The notes beneath the pieces were generated by a model, which ran no database searches, had not been told where the DNA came from, and saw nothing but the letters and a program-made list of their open reading frames with translations. This document shows positions 19,294 to 28,540 of a DNA stretch of 64,000 nucleotides, one piece after another. Position 1 is the first letter of the stretch. Each line of letters starts with the position of its first letter. The position numbers and the translations under genes were made by a program. The stretch comes from Minisyncoccia bacterium (GTDB taxonomy: Bacteria > Patescibacteriota > Minisyncoccia > Phycocordibacterales > PALSA-1337), in the NCBI GenBank assembly GCA_049997795.1, contig JBEKVT010000001.1, forward strand, positions 101,067 through 165,066. The letters are read 5' to 3'.

Positions 19294-19458
19294 GGCTGAT
19301 TTGGGTTTGGGTTGACAGTACAGGTTGATATTTTGCTTGACTTTCTACCTCGAAATGAGGGAGTCAATCACAGCTCACGAAAAACCAAGGAATCATTGGA
19401 TGGATTTTCCATAAGCTGTGATCGAATCAGCAAACTATTTCAATGATCCTTTTGCGGC

Positions 19459-19487
19459 AGTATAACAAAAGTAATACTATTTGTCAA
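19459..19487 (-). promoter_or_regulatory. Sigma70 promoter of the SPFH cassette
   Basis: TTGACA-17 nt-TATACT. Confidence 0.7.
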
Positions 19488-19558
19488 TAGTTCCATTGAC
19501 ATTGTTAAAAAATCATGAAATCGGGAATGGAAAAAGGACGCCGGGCGTCCTTAAGAAC

Positions 19559-19924
19559 TGGTGGAGATGGCGGGAATCGAACCCGCGTGCAATCGAAGCG
19601 AACCGGACGGTTCTACGGCGGTAGTCAGGTTTGATGTCTGACGGCCGTGCTCGAAACGAGACAAAACACATGGCCGCGATCTCTTTGATTCGGATGGCGG
19701 AGTGAGAAGCTCCGCCGCCCTACATCCAGGTTATGACATCGCACTACGGTAAGGATCCCCGTAGATAGACGCGCTCTACTTAAGCGAGAGCGAATGCAAA
19801 GTCCTTCGCTCCGAAATACGGAGAAACGGTTGATTTGGCACTTCAGATTTGGAACGGATTTGCGAGTCATTCCGGCTCGCGCCGCCCGAACGGACGCCGG
19901 CGATTGTCTATGCCGATCATCCCC
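19559..19924 (-). ncRNA. ssrA: tmRNA; tag peptide (A)AKSTVSPYFGAKDFAFALA*
   Basis: 5' GGGGATG, 3' GGTTCGATTCCCGCCATCTCCACCA, internal tag ORF ending ALA-stop, directly downstream of smpB. Confidence 0.93.
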
Positions 19925-19936
19925 ATATGCTCTTTG

Positions 19937-20383
19937 TCAACGATCGTTCATTGCCCGTCTCGCCTCCATGGCCGTCTCGCGCTTCTTTATCGCCTGGCGC
20001 TTGTCGTAGCGCTTCTTGCCGCGGGCCACGGCTACCGAGACCTTGACGAGGTGGCCTTTATTATATATCGAAATCGGCACGATTGTCAATCCTTTGCCCG
20101 TTTCGAGCGACGCCAGGCGCGCGATCTCCTTCTTGGAGAGGATGAGCCGGCGGTTCCGACGCGGCTCGTAACCCGGCGGAGTATTCCTTTCCTGATACGG
20201 CGGCACCAGGGCGTTCACCATGAAAGCCTCCCCGCCGCGGACGATGACGTGCGAGCCGTCGAGCGAGCCCTGGCCCTTCTTCAGGGATTTGACCTCGAGG
20301 CCGAGGAGCTCGATGCCCGCCTCGAAGGTCTCGAGGATCTCGTAATCGAACCGGGCCTTCCTGTAGTCGACTAAAACGCTCAC
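19937..20383 (-). CDS. smpB: SsrA-binding protein
   Basis: KARFDYEILETFEAGIELLGLEVKS...RGKKRYDKR; GTG start 20383. Confidence 0.95.
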   Translation of the reverse strand: MSVLVDYRKARFDYEILETFEAGIELLGLEVKSLKKGQGSLDGSHVIVRGGEAFMVNALVPPYQERNTPPGYEPRRNRRLILSKKEIARLASLETGKGLTIVPISIYNKGHLVKVSVAVARGKKRYDKRQAIKKRETAMEARRAMNDR

Positions 20384-20408
20384 GGATGATATCGTAACAC
20401 ATATTCCC

Positions 20409-21503
20409 GTGACTTCTCTCACCAAATGGACCTTATACGCCTCGAATGAGGAAGCTTGGACAGCCATGCTCGGGGACTGCTCGCGCGCCAGGAAGTCGAT
20501 CGTCCTCGAGCAATTCATCTTCACCGCCGACGATTTCGGCAAGAGGTTGATCGATGTATGCGCCGAGCGAGCGGCGGCCGGCGTCAAGGTCCGTTTCCTC
20601 TGGGACGCCGCCGGCAGCTTCAGCTTCTTCGGCTCGAACATCGTCGAAGACCTCCGCAAGAAGGGCATCAGGCTCGTCTTCTGGAAGACCCTCATCCCCG
20701 GCTACTTCAAGGTGCCCGACATCCGCTCGTGGTTCCTGCGCAATCATCGCCGGACCTTGGTCATCGACGAGAGCGCGGGATATACCGGCAGCATCTGCGT
20801 CAAAGACGGCATGAGGAATTGGCGGGACACCAACGCCCGCTTCGAGGGACCTGTCGTCCTTTCGATGCAGAACGCCTTCGACCGGATGTGGGCCCGGGCC
20901 CTGAAGCAGAAGCAATTGCCGCCCAAGGATCTGCCGCGCGACCCCGAATTCCGGTATGAGACCAACTATCCCGCTCCCGGTAAGCGGCGGATATACAGGA
21001 GCCTGGTCGAAGCCATCCGCGGCGCGAGCGCCTACATCTACATGACGACGCCTTACTTCGTGCCGACCCGCCGGCTTTCCAGGGTCATCAAGCTGGCGGC
21101 TCATCGCGGCGTGGACGTCCGGCTCATCATCCCCGAGCGGACCGACCACTATCCGGCACTCGATCTCGGCGCCCGGTCGTTCTTCTCCACTCTCCTTTCG
21201 TCCGGGGTGCGCATCTTCCTCTATCCGAACAAGGGCGGCGCTTCTTTGATCCACGGCAAGGCAGTCGTCGTCGACGGCGAATGGGCCACTCTGGGTTCGC
21301 TCAATCTGGACAACGTCAGCCTGCTTTATAACTTTGAAGCGAATATCATCTCAACGGACACGCGCTTCGCCGAAGAGCTTTCGGCCCATTTCGTTCATGA
21401 TATGAACCTATCCAAAGAAGTCGACCCCGATGCCTGGCGCCGGCGGTTCTTCCTGGAGAAGTTGCCGGAGATCGGGATCAGGGTCGTCAGGAAGTTCTTG
21501 TAA
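20409..21503 (+). CDS. Cardiolipin synthase-like phospholipase D
   Basis: Two PLD motifs (NHRRTLVID, IHGKAVVVD), WRDT, TPYFVP, GSLNLD. Confidence 0.88.
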   Translation: MTSLTKWTLYASNEEAWTAMLGDCSRARKSIVLEQFIFTADDFGKRLIDVCAERAAAGVKVRFLWDAAGSFSFFGSNIVEDLRKKGIRLVFWKTLIPGYFKVPDIRSWFLRNHRRTLVIDESAGYTGSICVKDGMRNWRDTNARFEGPVVLSMQNAFDRMWARALKQKQLPPKDLPRDPEFRYETNYPAPGKRRIYRSLVEAIRGASAYIYMTTPYFVPTRRLSRVIKLAAHRGVDVRLIIPERTDHYPALDLGARSFFSTLLSSGVRIFLYPNKGGASLIHGKAVVVDGEWATLGSLNLDNVSLLYNFEANIISTDTRFAEELSAHFVHDMNLSKEVDPDAWRRRFFLEKLPEIGIRVVRKFL

Positions 21504-21557
21504 GACGCCTGCGCAATAAAAAGCCGCGACGGGAGTCGCGGCTGGGGGCAAACAGAC

Positions 21558-21737
21558 TCAGACCGTTTTACCGTTGACGGTGCCTTCCTTCTTTCGACGG
21601 AAGCGGCGAAGATGCCTCGGTATGTCGGCGGCGGCAGGACCCGCCTCAAGGACCAGCAATAAAATGACAGCGAGGAAAAATGCGGGCCCTACAACATGTC
21701 CCATGATGGATTCCAGAAATCCTAGAAAAGAGCTCAT
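21558..21737 (-). CDS. Small hypothetical membrane protein
   Basis: One TM plus basic tail; TTGACA...TATCCA-like upstream region; downstream hairpin. Confidence 0.35.
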   Translation of the reverse strand: MSSFLGFLESIMGHVVGPAFFLAVILLLVLEAGPAAADIPRHLRRFRRKKEGTVNGKTV

Positions 21738-21856
21738 GGATAGAATATTGTTAAAAGGCCGGGAGTTTGTCAATGGTGCCAAAGATAGCTGGGTTTGCGC
21801 CCCCGGACGGCCTATGCTATAAATAACGCCTGTAACCATAATCGTCCGACAATTCG

Positions 21857-22366
21857 TTGGCCATCCGCGTCAAAATCAACCATCAAATCAAGGCGCCTGA
21901 GCTGCGGGTCATCACCGCGGAAGGCGAGAATCTGGGGGTCATGCCGACTGGCAGGGCCCTTGAGGAGGCTCGCTTACGAGGCCTTGATCTGATAGAGATA
22001 TCGCCCATGGCGACGCCGCCCATAGGGAAGATCATGGATTACGGCAAGTACCTTTACGACGACAAGAAGAAGGCGAAGGCGGCCAGATCCAAGACCCAGA
22101 CCACCGACGTCAAGACCGTCCAGGTCAAGATCGGCACCGGCGAGCACGACCTCAACCTGAAGGCCAAGAGGGTATCTGAATGGCTCTCCGAAGGCAATAG
22201 GGTCAAGATAGATCTCTTCCTCGTCGGCCGCTCCAAGTACATGGACTTCAACTTCCTGAAGGAGAGGCTCGAGCGCATCCTGAAGCTCATCACCGTCGAT
22301 TACAAGGTGGCCCAGGACGCCGTCAAGGGACCGAGGGGCCTCACCATATACGTCGAGAAGAAATGA
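21857..22366 (+). CDS. infC: Translation initiation factor IF-3
   Basis: INHQIKAPELRVI, KIMDYGKYLY; non-ATG start typical of infC. Confidence 0.96.
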   Translation: MAIRVKINHQIKAPELRVITAEGENLGVMPTGRALEEARLRGLDLIEISPMATPPIGKIMDYGKYLYDDKKKAKAARSKTQTTDVKTVQVKIGTGEHDLNLKAKRVSEWLSEGNRVKIDLFLVGRSKYMDFNFLKERLERILKLITVDYKVAQDAVKGPRGLTIYVEKK

Positions 22367-22367
22367 C

Positions 22368-22559
22368 ATGAGGAAAACCGTAAAATCATACGCCAAGCGC
22401 CTGAAGGTGACTCGCACCGGCAAGGTGAAGTCGCGCAAGCCCGGCCAGAATCATTTCAACGCCAAGGAGCGCAGCCGCATCGGCATGAACAAGCATCGCC
22501 TGAATGATCAGGTTATGAACAACGACGCCAAGAGCCGTTTTTTGATTAATCTAGGATAA
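22368..22559 (+). CDS. rpmI: 50S ribosomal protein L35
   Basis: KT.KS.AKRLKVT.TGK; position in infC operon. Confidence 0.93.
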   Translation: MRKTVKSYAKRLKVTRTGKVKSRKPGQNHFNAKERSRIGMNKHRLNDQVMNNDAKSRFLINLG

Positions 22560-22568
22560 ATAACCGCC

Positions 22569-22934
22569 ATGACCAGAGTCAAAAAGGCCGTCCACGCCCT
22601 GAAGAATCGCCGCAATACCTTGCGCCAGGCCAAGGGCTTCCGTTTTCGCCGTTCGAACACCGAGCGGGCCGCCAATGAAGCTCTCATGCATGCCGGAGCT
22701 TACGCTTTCGCCCATCGCCGCGACAAGAAGGGCGTCTTCCGCCGCCTCTGGAACGTCAAGATAAACGCTGCTCTGCGCCAGATCGACGCTTCCTATTCAT
22801 ACAGCAAGTTCATGGGCGCCGCCAAGAAGAAGGGTCTGGCTCTCGACCGCAAATCACTGGCTTACCTGGCAGAATCCAAGCCCGAGGCCTTCAAGAAAGT
22901 AGTGGATAAGGTCGTCGCCGCTCCGGCACGATAG
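22569..22934 (+). CDS. rplT: 50S ribosomal protein L20
   Basis: MTRVK...FRRLWNVKINAA, LDRKSLA. Confidence 0.96.
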   Translation: MTRVKKAVHALKNRRNTLRQAKGFRFRRSNTERAANEALMHAGAYAFAHRRDKKGVFRRLWNVKINAALRQIDASYSYSKFMGAAKKKGLALDRKSLAYLAESKPEAFKKVVDKVVAAPAR

Positions 22935-24276
22935 CCTTCTTGCCTAACTCGTCGTTCAATCGCTGGGCGAGGTGCATCGACGCGCCCGGTTCGCCCATGA
23001 CGACAAATGTCTCCTTCAGTCTGTCGCCGGCCGTCCGGACGAATTCGACCAAGTGGTCGCCGTCCTTGTGGGCCGAATAGCCGTATAAGGTCTCGATCTT
23101 GGCTTTGACTTTGATATTCTCGTGGTTCGCATGGATCCTCTTCGCGCCGTCGGCCAGTTCCCTGCCGAGCGAGCCCGCTGCCTGGTAGCCGACTAGGAGG
23201 ATGGTGCTCTTCGGATCCGGCAGGAAGCGCGCCTCGTGGCTTATGACCCGGCCGCCCATGGACATGCCTGAGCCGGCTAGGATGATCTTGGCGCCTTTCA
23301 TCTTCTCGATGTCCTGCGACTCTTCCCTCGACATGGTGTATTCGAGCCGCGGGAATTTAAAGATATCATCGCCGCGCTTGATCTGCTCCCGGACCTGATC
23401 ATTGAACAAGGCCTCACTTGATCTGTAGATCTCGGTTGCCTTGATGGCCATGGGCGAATCGATGAAGACCGGCACCTTCGGGATCCTGCCCTGCTCGACC
23501 AAGTTGTTCAATTCGTAAAGCAACACCTGGGTGCGGTCGATGGCGAAGGTGGGGATGACCAAGGTGCCACCGCGGCCGAGCGTTTCTTTGATGATCCGTT
23601 CGAATTCCTTGAGGCGTTCCTCTTTCGGCTCGTGATTCCGGTCGCCATAAGTGCTTTCCATTACGAGGTAATCGACATTGCCGACCGCTTCGGTATCGCG
23701 GAGGAGGGGCGCCGGCGAATTGCCGAGATCGCCGGTGAACAGAATCTTCGTCGAGATCGGCATGGAGGCCGGCACGGAGACTTCGACCATGGCCGAGCCT
23801 AGGATGTGGCCGGCGTCTTTCAGGAATATAGAGATGTCGCCTGTCACGTCGAGCCGTTCGTGATACGGCACGGTCTTCCACAAAGGGAAAACCCTCTGCA
23901 CATCGTCGCTGCCGTAAAGAGGCGGCTTGCCGTCTTGCTTGGCTTCGCTCGCGATAATGCCTGCGGCATCGTTCAAGACGAGTTCCGCCAAGGACTTCGT
24001 CTCCGGCGTCGAATAGATCGCCCCCTTGAAGCCTTCTCGGACGAGCTTGGGGATGCGGCCGACGTGATCGAGGTGGGCGTGGGTGACGATGAGGGCCCGG
24101 ATCGAGGCCGGCTCGTACGGGAATGGCTCGCGGTTCTCGTCGAGAGCGACTCTCTCTCCCTGGACCATGCCGCAATCGACGAGGATCTTCGAGCTGGTGG
24201 GCGATTCGAGGAGGAAATTCGCGCCGGTCACGGTGCCGACGCCCGAACAAAAGGTGATCTGCGGTCTTTCATCCAT
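22891..24276 (-). CDS. MBL-fold beta-CASP ribonuclease
   Basis: VDCG, HAHLDHVG, GHILGS, ESTYG, SAHKD. Confidence 0.92.
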   Translation of the reverse strand: MDERPQITFCSGVGTVTGANFLLESPTSSKILVDCGMVQGERVALDENREPFPYEPASIRALIVTHAHLDHVGRIPKLVREGFKGAIYSTPETKSLAELVLNDAAGIIASEAKQDGKPPLYGSDDVQRVFPLWKTVPYHERLDVTGDISIFLKDAGHILGSAMVEVSVPASMPISTKILFTGDLGNSPAPLLRDTEAVGNVDYLVMESTYGDRNHEPKEERLKEFERIIKETLGRGGTLVIPTFAIDRTQVLLYELNNLVEQGRIPKVPVFIDSPMAIKATEIYRSSEALFNDQVREQIKRGDDIFKFPRLEYTMSREESQDIEKMKGAKIILAGSGMSMGGRVISHEARFLPDPKSTILLVGYQAAGSLGRELADGAKRIHANHENIKVKAKIETLYGYSAHKDGDHLVEFVRTAGDRLKETFVVMGEPGASMHLAQRLNDELGKKAIVPERRRPYPLLS

Positions 24277-24291
24277 GATACAGTCCATTAT

Positions 24292-24446
24292 AAATCAAAA
24301 ACACCGCCTCAGGCGATGTTCTTGATCGGTTGCGGAAGTACAATCCTGTTTGCACAGGTGGGTGACCTCGCGCGGAACGCCAAGGCGCCCGCGAATAGTT
24401 GGTCTCCCGTAAAAATTTATTTTGTAGATTTATACTCACGCAACCT
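24292..24446 (-). ncRNA. Candidate 6S-like small RNA
   Basis: Own promoter TTGCGC-16-TAGAAT, closing stem, AU-rich central bubble, apical stem, terminator. Confidence 0.55.
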
Positions 24447-24550
24447 GAGTATATTCTAGACCTGCTTCCGGCGGGCGCAAGGGGCAAAAACAGTTGCGAC
24501 ACTGATTTGACAGCTGTGGCAAAGTTGACAGCTTACTTTTATCCGCCAGA

Positions 24551-25174
24551 TTATTCCAGGGTGCCGTCCAGATTGACGTCGTAGAGAACCGATTCCTGGA
24601 CGATTTTGTAGTCGACAAGCTCTTCTTTCTTGAACCAGTGGGCGATCTCAGCCTCGGCTTCCTTCACGGAGCCGGAAGCGTGGACGAGATTGCGGAGAGC
24701 ACGGCCGTCGGCGTCGCTCATGCGATAGGAATCGAGCATGTAATCGCCCCGGATGGTGCCGACGTCGGAAGTCAGGGGCTCCGTGCCGCCGGTCAGTTTG
24801 CGCACGATCTCCACGGCATGGGCGCCCTGCCAGACCATGGCGATGACCGGGCCGCTAGTCATGTATCTCGCGAGATTCTTCAGGATTATCTCGGTTATCT
24901 TGAGCGGGTCGGTATGCGGAGGCGTCAAGCCCTTGTCGGTATATCCTTTGATGGTCTTCAGGCCGGTCTTTACGCGCCATTCCGGATCGAGAGTGTAGTG
25001 CTTCTCGATAAGTTCGGCGGTCGGGACCATCATCTTGATGCCGACCAGCTTCAAGCCTATCTGCTCGTAGCGCTTCACGATCTCGCCGATAAGGCTCCTC
25101 TGGACGCCGTCAGGCTTGATGATGACCAGAGTGCGTTCGTGTTTGGGGTGTGCTGCATTCTTCACGTTTTTCAT
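24551..25174 (-). CDS. ndk: Nucleoside diphosphate kinase
   Basis: ERTLVIIKPDGVQR, GTIRGD, NLVHASGS. Confidence 0.96.
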   Translation of the reverse strand: MKNVKNAAHPKHERTLVIIKPDGVQRSLIGEIVKRYEQIGLKLVGIKMMVPTAELIEKHYTLDPEWRVKTGLKTIKGYTDKGLTPPHTDPLKITEIILKNLARYMTSGPVIAMVWQGAHAVEIVRKLTGGTEPLTSDVGTIRGDYMLDSYRMSDADGRALRNLVHASGSVKEAEAEIAHWFKKEELVDYKIVQESVLYDVNLDGTLE

Positions 25175-25199
25175 AGACGAGAATGATACAGGAAGCGCT

Positions 25200-25967
25200 T
25201 CACGCCGTCAAAATCTCCGCGTCGCCCTTGGTGATGAGCACGGTATGCTCGAAATGGGCGCTTTGCTTCCCGTCCGCCGCACGATAGGTGTAACCGTCGG
25301 GGTCGAGCTTGATCCTGTGCGTGCCGAGATTAAACATCGGCTCGATGGCGATGACCAAGCCCGGTTTCAAGACTTCCCCGCGGCCCGCTTCGCCGTAATT
25401 CGGCACATAAGGATCCTCGTGGACGCGATAGCCGACGCCGTGGCCGGCGAGCTCTTCGACGATGCCGTACTTCCCCGCCGCGCCGACGCGTTCAATCGCA
25501 TTCGAAATGTCTCCTACTCGCCTGCCGCCCTTGGCTTCTTTGATGCCGGCCATCAAAGCTTCCTTGGTCGTTTTGAGGAGCCTCTCCAATTCAGGCTTGA
25601 TCTTTCCGACGCCGACCGAGACGGCCGCGTCGGTTATCAATCCTTTATGGACGAGGCCGAGATCAAGGCTGACTATGTCGCCCTCTTTCAGGATCTTGTC
25701 TCCTTCGTTCGGGATGCCGTGGACTATCTCGTCGTTAACGGAGACGCAGAGCGAGGCCGGGTATGGCCTCGGCGCGCCCTGGGGTCTGTAATTCAAGAAG
25801 GCCGATCGGTCGCCACCCGCGACAATGAGCTCTTCGGCCTTGGTGTTCAGTTCCGCCGCCGTGACGCCGGGCCTCACCATGCCGGCCAGCTCTCTCAGGA
25901 TGACCGCGTGCCGGCGGCCGCCCTCGCGCAGGATGGCGACGTCTTTCTTGGTCTTTATGGTTATCAT
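25200..25967 (-). CDS. map: Methionine aminopeptidase type I
   Basis: SVNDEIVHGIP, GHGVG..VHEDP, IEPM, AHFEHT. Confidence 0.96.
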   Translation of the reverse strand: MITIKTKKDVAILREGGRRHAVILRELAGMVRPGVTAAELNTKAEELIVAGGDRSAFLNYRPQGAPRPYPASLCVSVNDEIVHGIPNEGDKILKEGDIVSLDLGLVHKGLITDAAVSVGVGKIKPELERLLKTTKEALMAGIKEAKGGRRVGDISNAIERVGAAGKYGIVEELAGHGVGYRVHEDPYVPNYGEAGRGEVLKPGLVIAIEPMFNLGTHRIKLDPDGYTYRAADGKQSAHFEHTVLITKGDAEILTA

Positions 25968-26010
25968 GCTGAAAATCTCCGAACTGCCCGGACGCTCCCT
26001 CGAGGCCCGG

Positions 26011-26604
26011 TCATGAGAGGCCGAGCCGGCTCATGATGTCCTGGTGGATGTCTTCGATTGATCGTTCGCCGTCGATCTTGAGGAAGTGGTATCTCGGATT
26101 AGTGCGGTAATATTCGACAGCCGGGGCAACGTCAGTCTCGTACCAGGCCAAGCGTTTCTTGATCTCTTCGGTGTCGTCATCGAAGCGCTTGCGCAGGAGG
26201 AGGCGCTTCATGGATTCTTCCGGGCTGATGTCGATGTTCAAGACCCACATGGTCTCGATGCCGTAGAAGCCGAAGACGGAATCGAGCACGCCGGCCTCGT
26301 GGAACTTGCGCGGCGTGCCGTCGAAGATGATGTGCTCGCCGCCCTTGTATTTTTCGATGAGAGGCTTTTCCCACATCTGCACGGCCAAAAATTCCGGCTG
26401 AAGGCCGCCGGCCTCGTATATCTCGCGAGCTTTCTTTTGCGTGAATGTATCTCCTTTGATGAAATCCCTGAATCCCTGGCCGGTCTGGACATAGATGATG
26501 TCCCGCGAGGGTTCGGCGCGCCTCAAGGCCTCGTCGAGGAGCTTGACCTGAGTGCCCTTGCCGCAGCCCGAGCGGCCGATGAAGATGTATGCTTGCGGTT
26601 TCAT
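26011..26604 (-). CDS. adk: Adenylate kinase-family nucleoside monophosphate kinase
   Basis: GRSGCGKGTQ, FDGTPR; lies between secY and map. Confidence 0.88.
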   Translation of the reverse strand: MKPQAYIFIGRSGCGKGTQVKLLDEALRRAEPSRDIIYVQTGQGFRDFIKGDTFTQKKAREIYEAGGLQPEFLAVQMWEKPLIEKYKGGEHIIFDGTPRKFHEAGVLDSVFGFYGIETMWVLNIDISPEESMKRLLLRKRFDDDTEEIKKRLAWYETDVAPAVEYYRTNPRYHFLKIDGERSIEDIHQDIMSRLGLS

Positions 26605-26650
26605 GCGTACATTATAACGCAACGCACGGAAGAAAAGAGTGGCGCGGCTC

Positions 26651-27946
26651 CTAATATTCCCTCATGGCTATCTGGGCGTCTATCTTCTTCAGGAGATCTA
26701 GGACAACGGAGACCACGATGAGGAGGGCCGTGCCGCCGACGGCGAACGACTGGGTGGAATCCGGCGAGAAGAGCTGGATCAAGAGGGGCAGGATAGCCAC
26801 CACGCCGAGGAAGATGGCGCCGACCAGGGTGATCCTGGTCACGATGTTGCCGAGATAGTCGCGCGTGTGCTCGCCTGGCCTGACGCCGGGGATGAAGGCT
26901 CCAGAGCGCTGGAGATTCTCGGAGATCATCTGGGGATCGAAGGTCACGGCCGTGTAGAAATAGGTGAAGGCCACCACCATGATGAAGTATAGGCAGCCGT
27001 AGACCAGGGATGGCGGCGTAAGGAGGAGGGCCACCGACTGCGACCAGGACGCCAGGGCCGGATGAGCAGCCCATTTCGCCAGGGCGTTGAAGATAATCTG
27101 CGGGAAGAGCAGGATGGAAAGGGCGAAGATGATGGGTATGACGCCGGACTGGTTCAGGCGCAAGGGGATGTAAGTGGAAGCGCCGCCGTAGACCTTGTTG
27201 CCGCGGACCTGCTTGGCATATGTGACCGGCACCGAGCGCTCGGCCTCGGTGACATAGATGACGCCGGCTGTGGCGAGGATGGCCACGACAAGGACGCCGA
27301 GATAGAACGGCAGGTTGGCCATATCCGAGGCCATGAGCTTCTGAAGATTCTGGATGAAGGAGATGGGCAGGCGAGAGACGATGCCGGCGAAGATGATGAG
27401 GCTGACGCCGTTTCCGATGCCGAACTCGGAGACGAGCTCGCCGAGCCACATGAGCAGGATCGAGCCGCTGGCCACGACCAGGACGTTGGTGGAGAAGGCG
27501 AAGGTCCCCAAGTGCGGCAGGACGCCTTGGGACTGGAATAGGATGAGATAGCCGATGCCCTGGAGGATGGCAAGGGGCGCTCCCAGGATGCGCGAGTATT
27601 GCGACAGCTTCATGCGGCCGGCTTCGCCTTCCTCGTGCATCAGAGCTTTCCATTTCGGCAGGACCATAGTGAGGACCTGGACGATGATGGAGGCAGTGAT
27701 GAACGGGCCGACGCCGAGCATGACGATGGAGAGGTTAGACAGGCCGCCGCCGGAGAAGATGTTCAGGAAGCCGAAGAATTGGCTGGAATTCAAAAGCGAG
27801 GCGAGGGTAGCGGGATTGACGCCTGGAACAGGGATGGCGGCGAGGAGCCGGAAGAGGATGAGGGCTCCGATGGTGAAGCCGATGCGCTTCCGGAGGGCCG
27901 GGTCCTTGATCGCAGCGGAGATCTTTTGTAAGAAAGACTGCATCAT
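26651..27946 (-). CDS. secY: Preprotein translocase SecY
   Basis: GVGPFITASII, GIGNGVSLIIFAGI, FIPGVRPG. Confidence 0.98.
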   Translation of the reverse strand: MMQSFLQKISAAIKDPALRKRIGFTIGALILFRLLAAIPVPGVNPATLASLLNSSQFFGFLNIFSGGGLSNLSIVMLGVGPFITASIIVQVLTMVLPKWKALMHEEGEAGRMKLSQYSRILGAPLAILQGIGYLILFQSQGVLPHLGTFAFSTNVLVVASGSILLMWLGELVSEFGIGNGVSLIIFAGIVSRLPISFIQNLQKLMASDMANLPFYLGVLVVAILATAGVIYVTEAERSVPVTYAKQVRGNKVYGGASTYIPLRLNQSGVIPIIFALSILLFPQIIFNALAKWAAHPALASWSQSVALLLTPPSLVYGCLYFIMVVAFTYFYTAVTFDPQMISENLQRSGAFIPGVRPGEHTRDYLGNIVTRITLVGAIFLGVVAILPLLIQLFSPDSTQSFAVGGTALLIVVSVVLDLLKKIDAQIAMREY

Positions 27947-28539
27947 TTATCGTTTTCGGACTTGGAAGGCTTCGTTCCTTTCTTGGTCCCAGTCTTGGCT
28001 TTCCCGGTTTTGGCGGGAACAGCTGGAATCTTTGTCTCCGCTTTCGGGGCCTGTCTCGCCTTTATTTCCTTCTTGAACGCCGGAGGAAGAGGCACGACCG
28101 AGCCGCCGGCCTTTTCAATGGCAGCCTTAGCCGATTCGGAGACTCCGCAACCGGATATCTTAAGAGATTTTTCGAGTTCGCCGTCGCCCAAGATCTTGAT
28201 GCGAGAGACGCGCCCGGAAAAGGTTGGGACCACGCCGCGCTCGACGAGAGAGGCCGGAGTGACGGCCTCGCCGGAGCTGAAGGCGGCCTCGAGGGCTTCC
28301 AAGTCAACAATCGCCGGTCTTCCTGAGTCGGTTTTCACCGACTTGTTGGAGTTCTTGCCGCGGCCGCGGAGCTTCGGCAGCCTCTTGATGATGTCGCGCC
28401 ATTCCGGCCGGCGCTTGTTACCGGCCCGGGCCGTCTGTCCTTTGCCGCCCCGGCCGGAGGTCTTGCCGCGCTTACCGCCTCTTGCGACCTGCATGCGCTT
28501 CCTGTTCGGATGGGTGCGTCTTAGGGCGTCGGTTTGCAT
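27943..28539 (-). CDS. rplO: 50S ribosomal protein L15 with Lys/Ala-rich C-terminal extension
   Basis: RGGKRGKTSGRGGKGQ, KILGDG, AIEKAGG. Confidence 0.95.
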   Translation of the reverse strand: MQTDALRRTHPNRKRMQVARGGKRGKTSGRGGKGQTARAGNKRRPEWRDIIKRLPKLRGRGKNSNKSVKTDSGRPAIVDLEALEAAFSSGEAVTPASLVERGVVPTFSGRVSRIKILGDGELEKSLKISGCGVSESAKAAIEKAGGSVVPLPPAFKKEIKARQAPKAETKIPAVPAKTGKAKTGTKKGTKPSKSENDK

Positions 28540-28540
28540 G

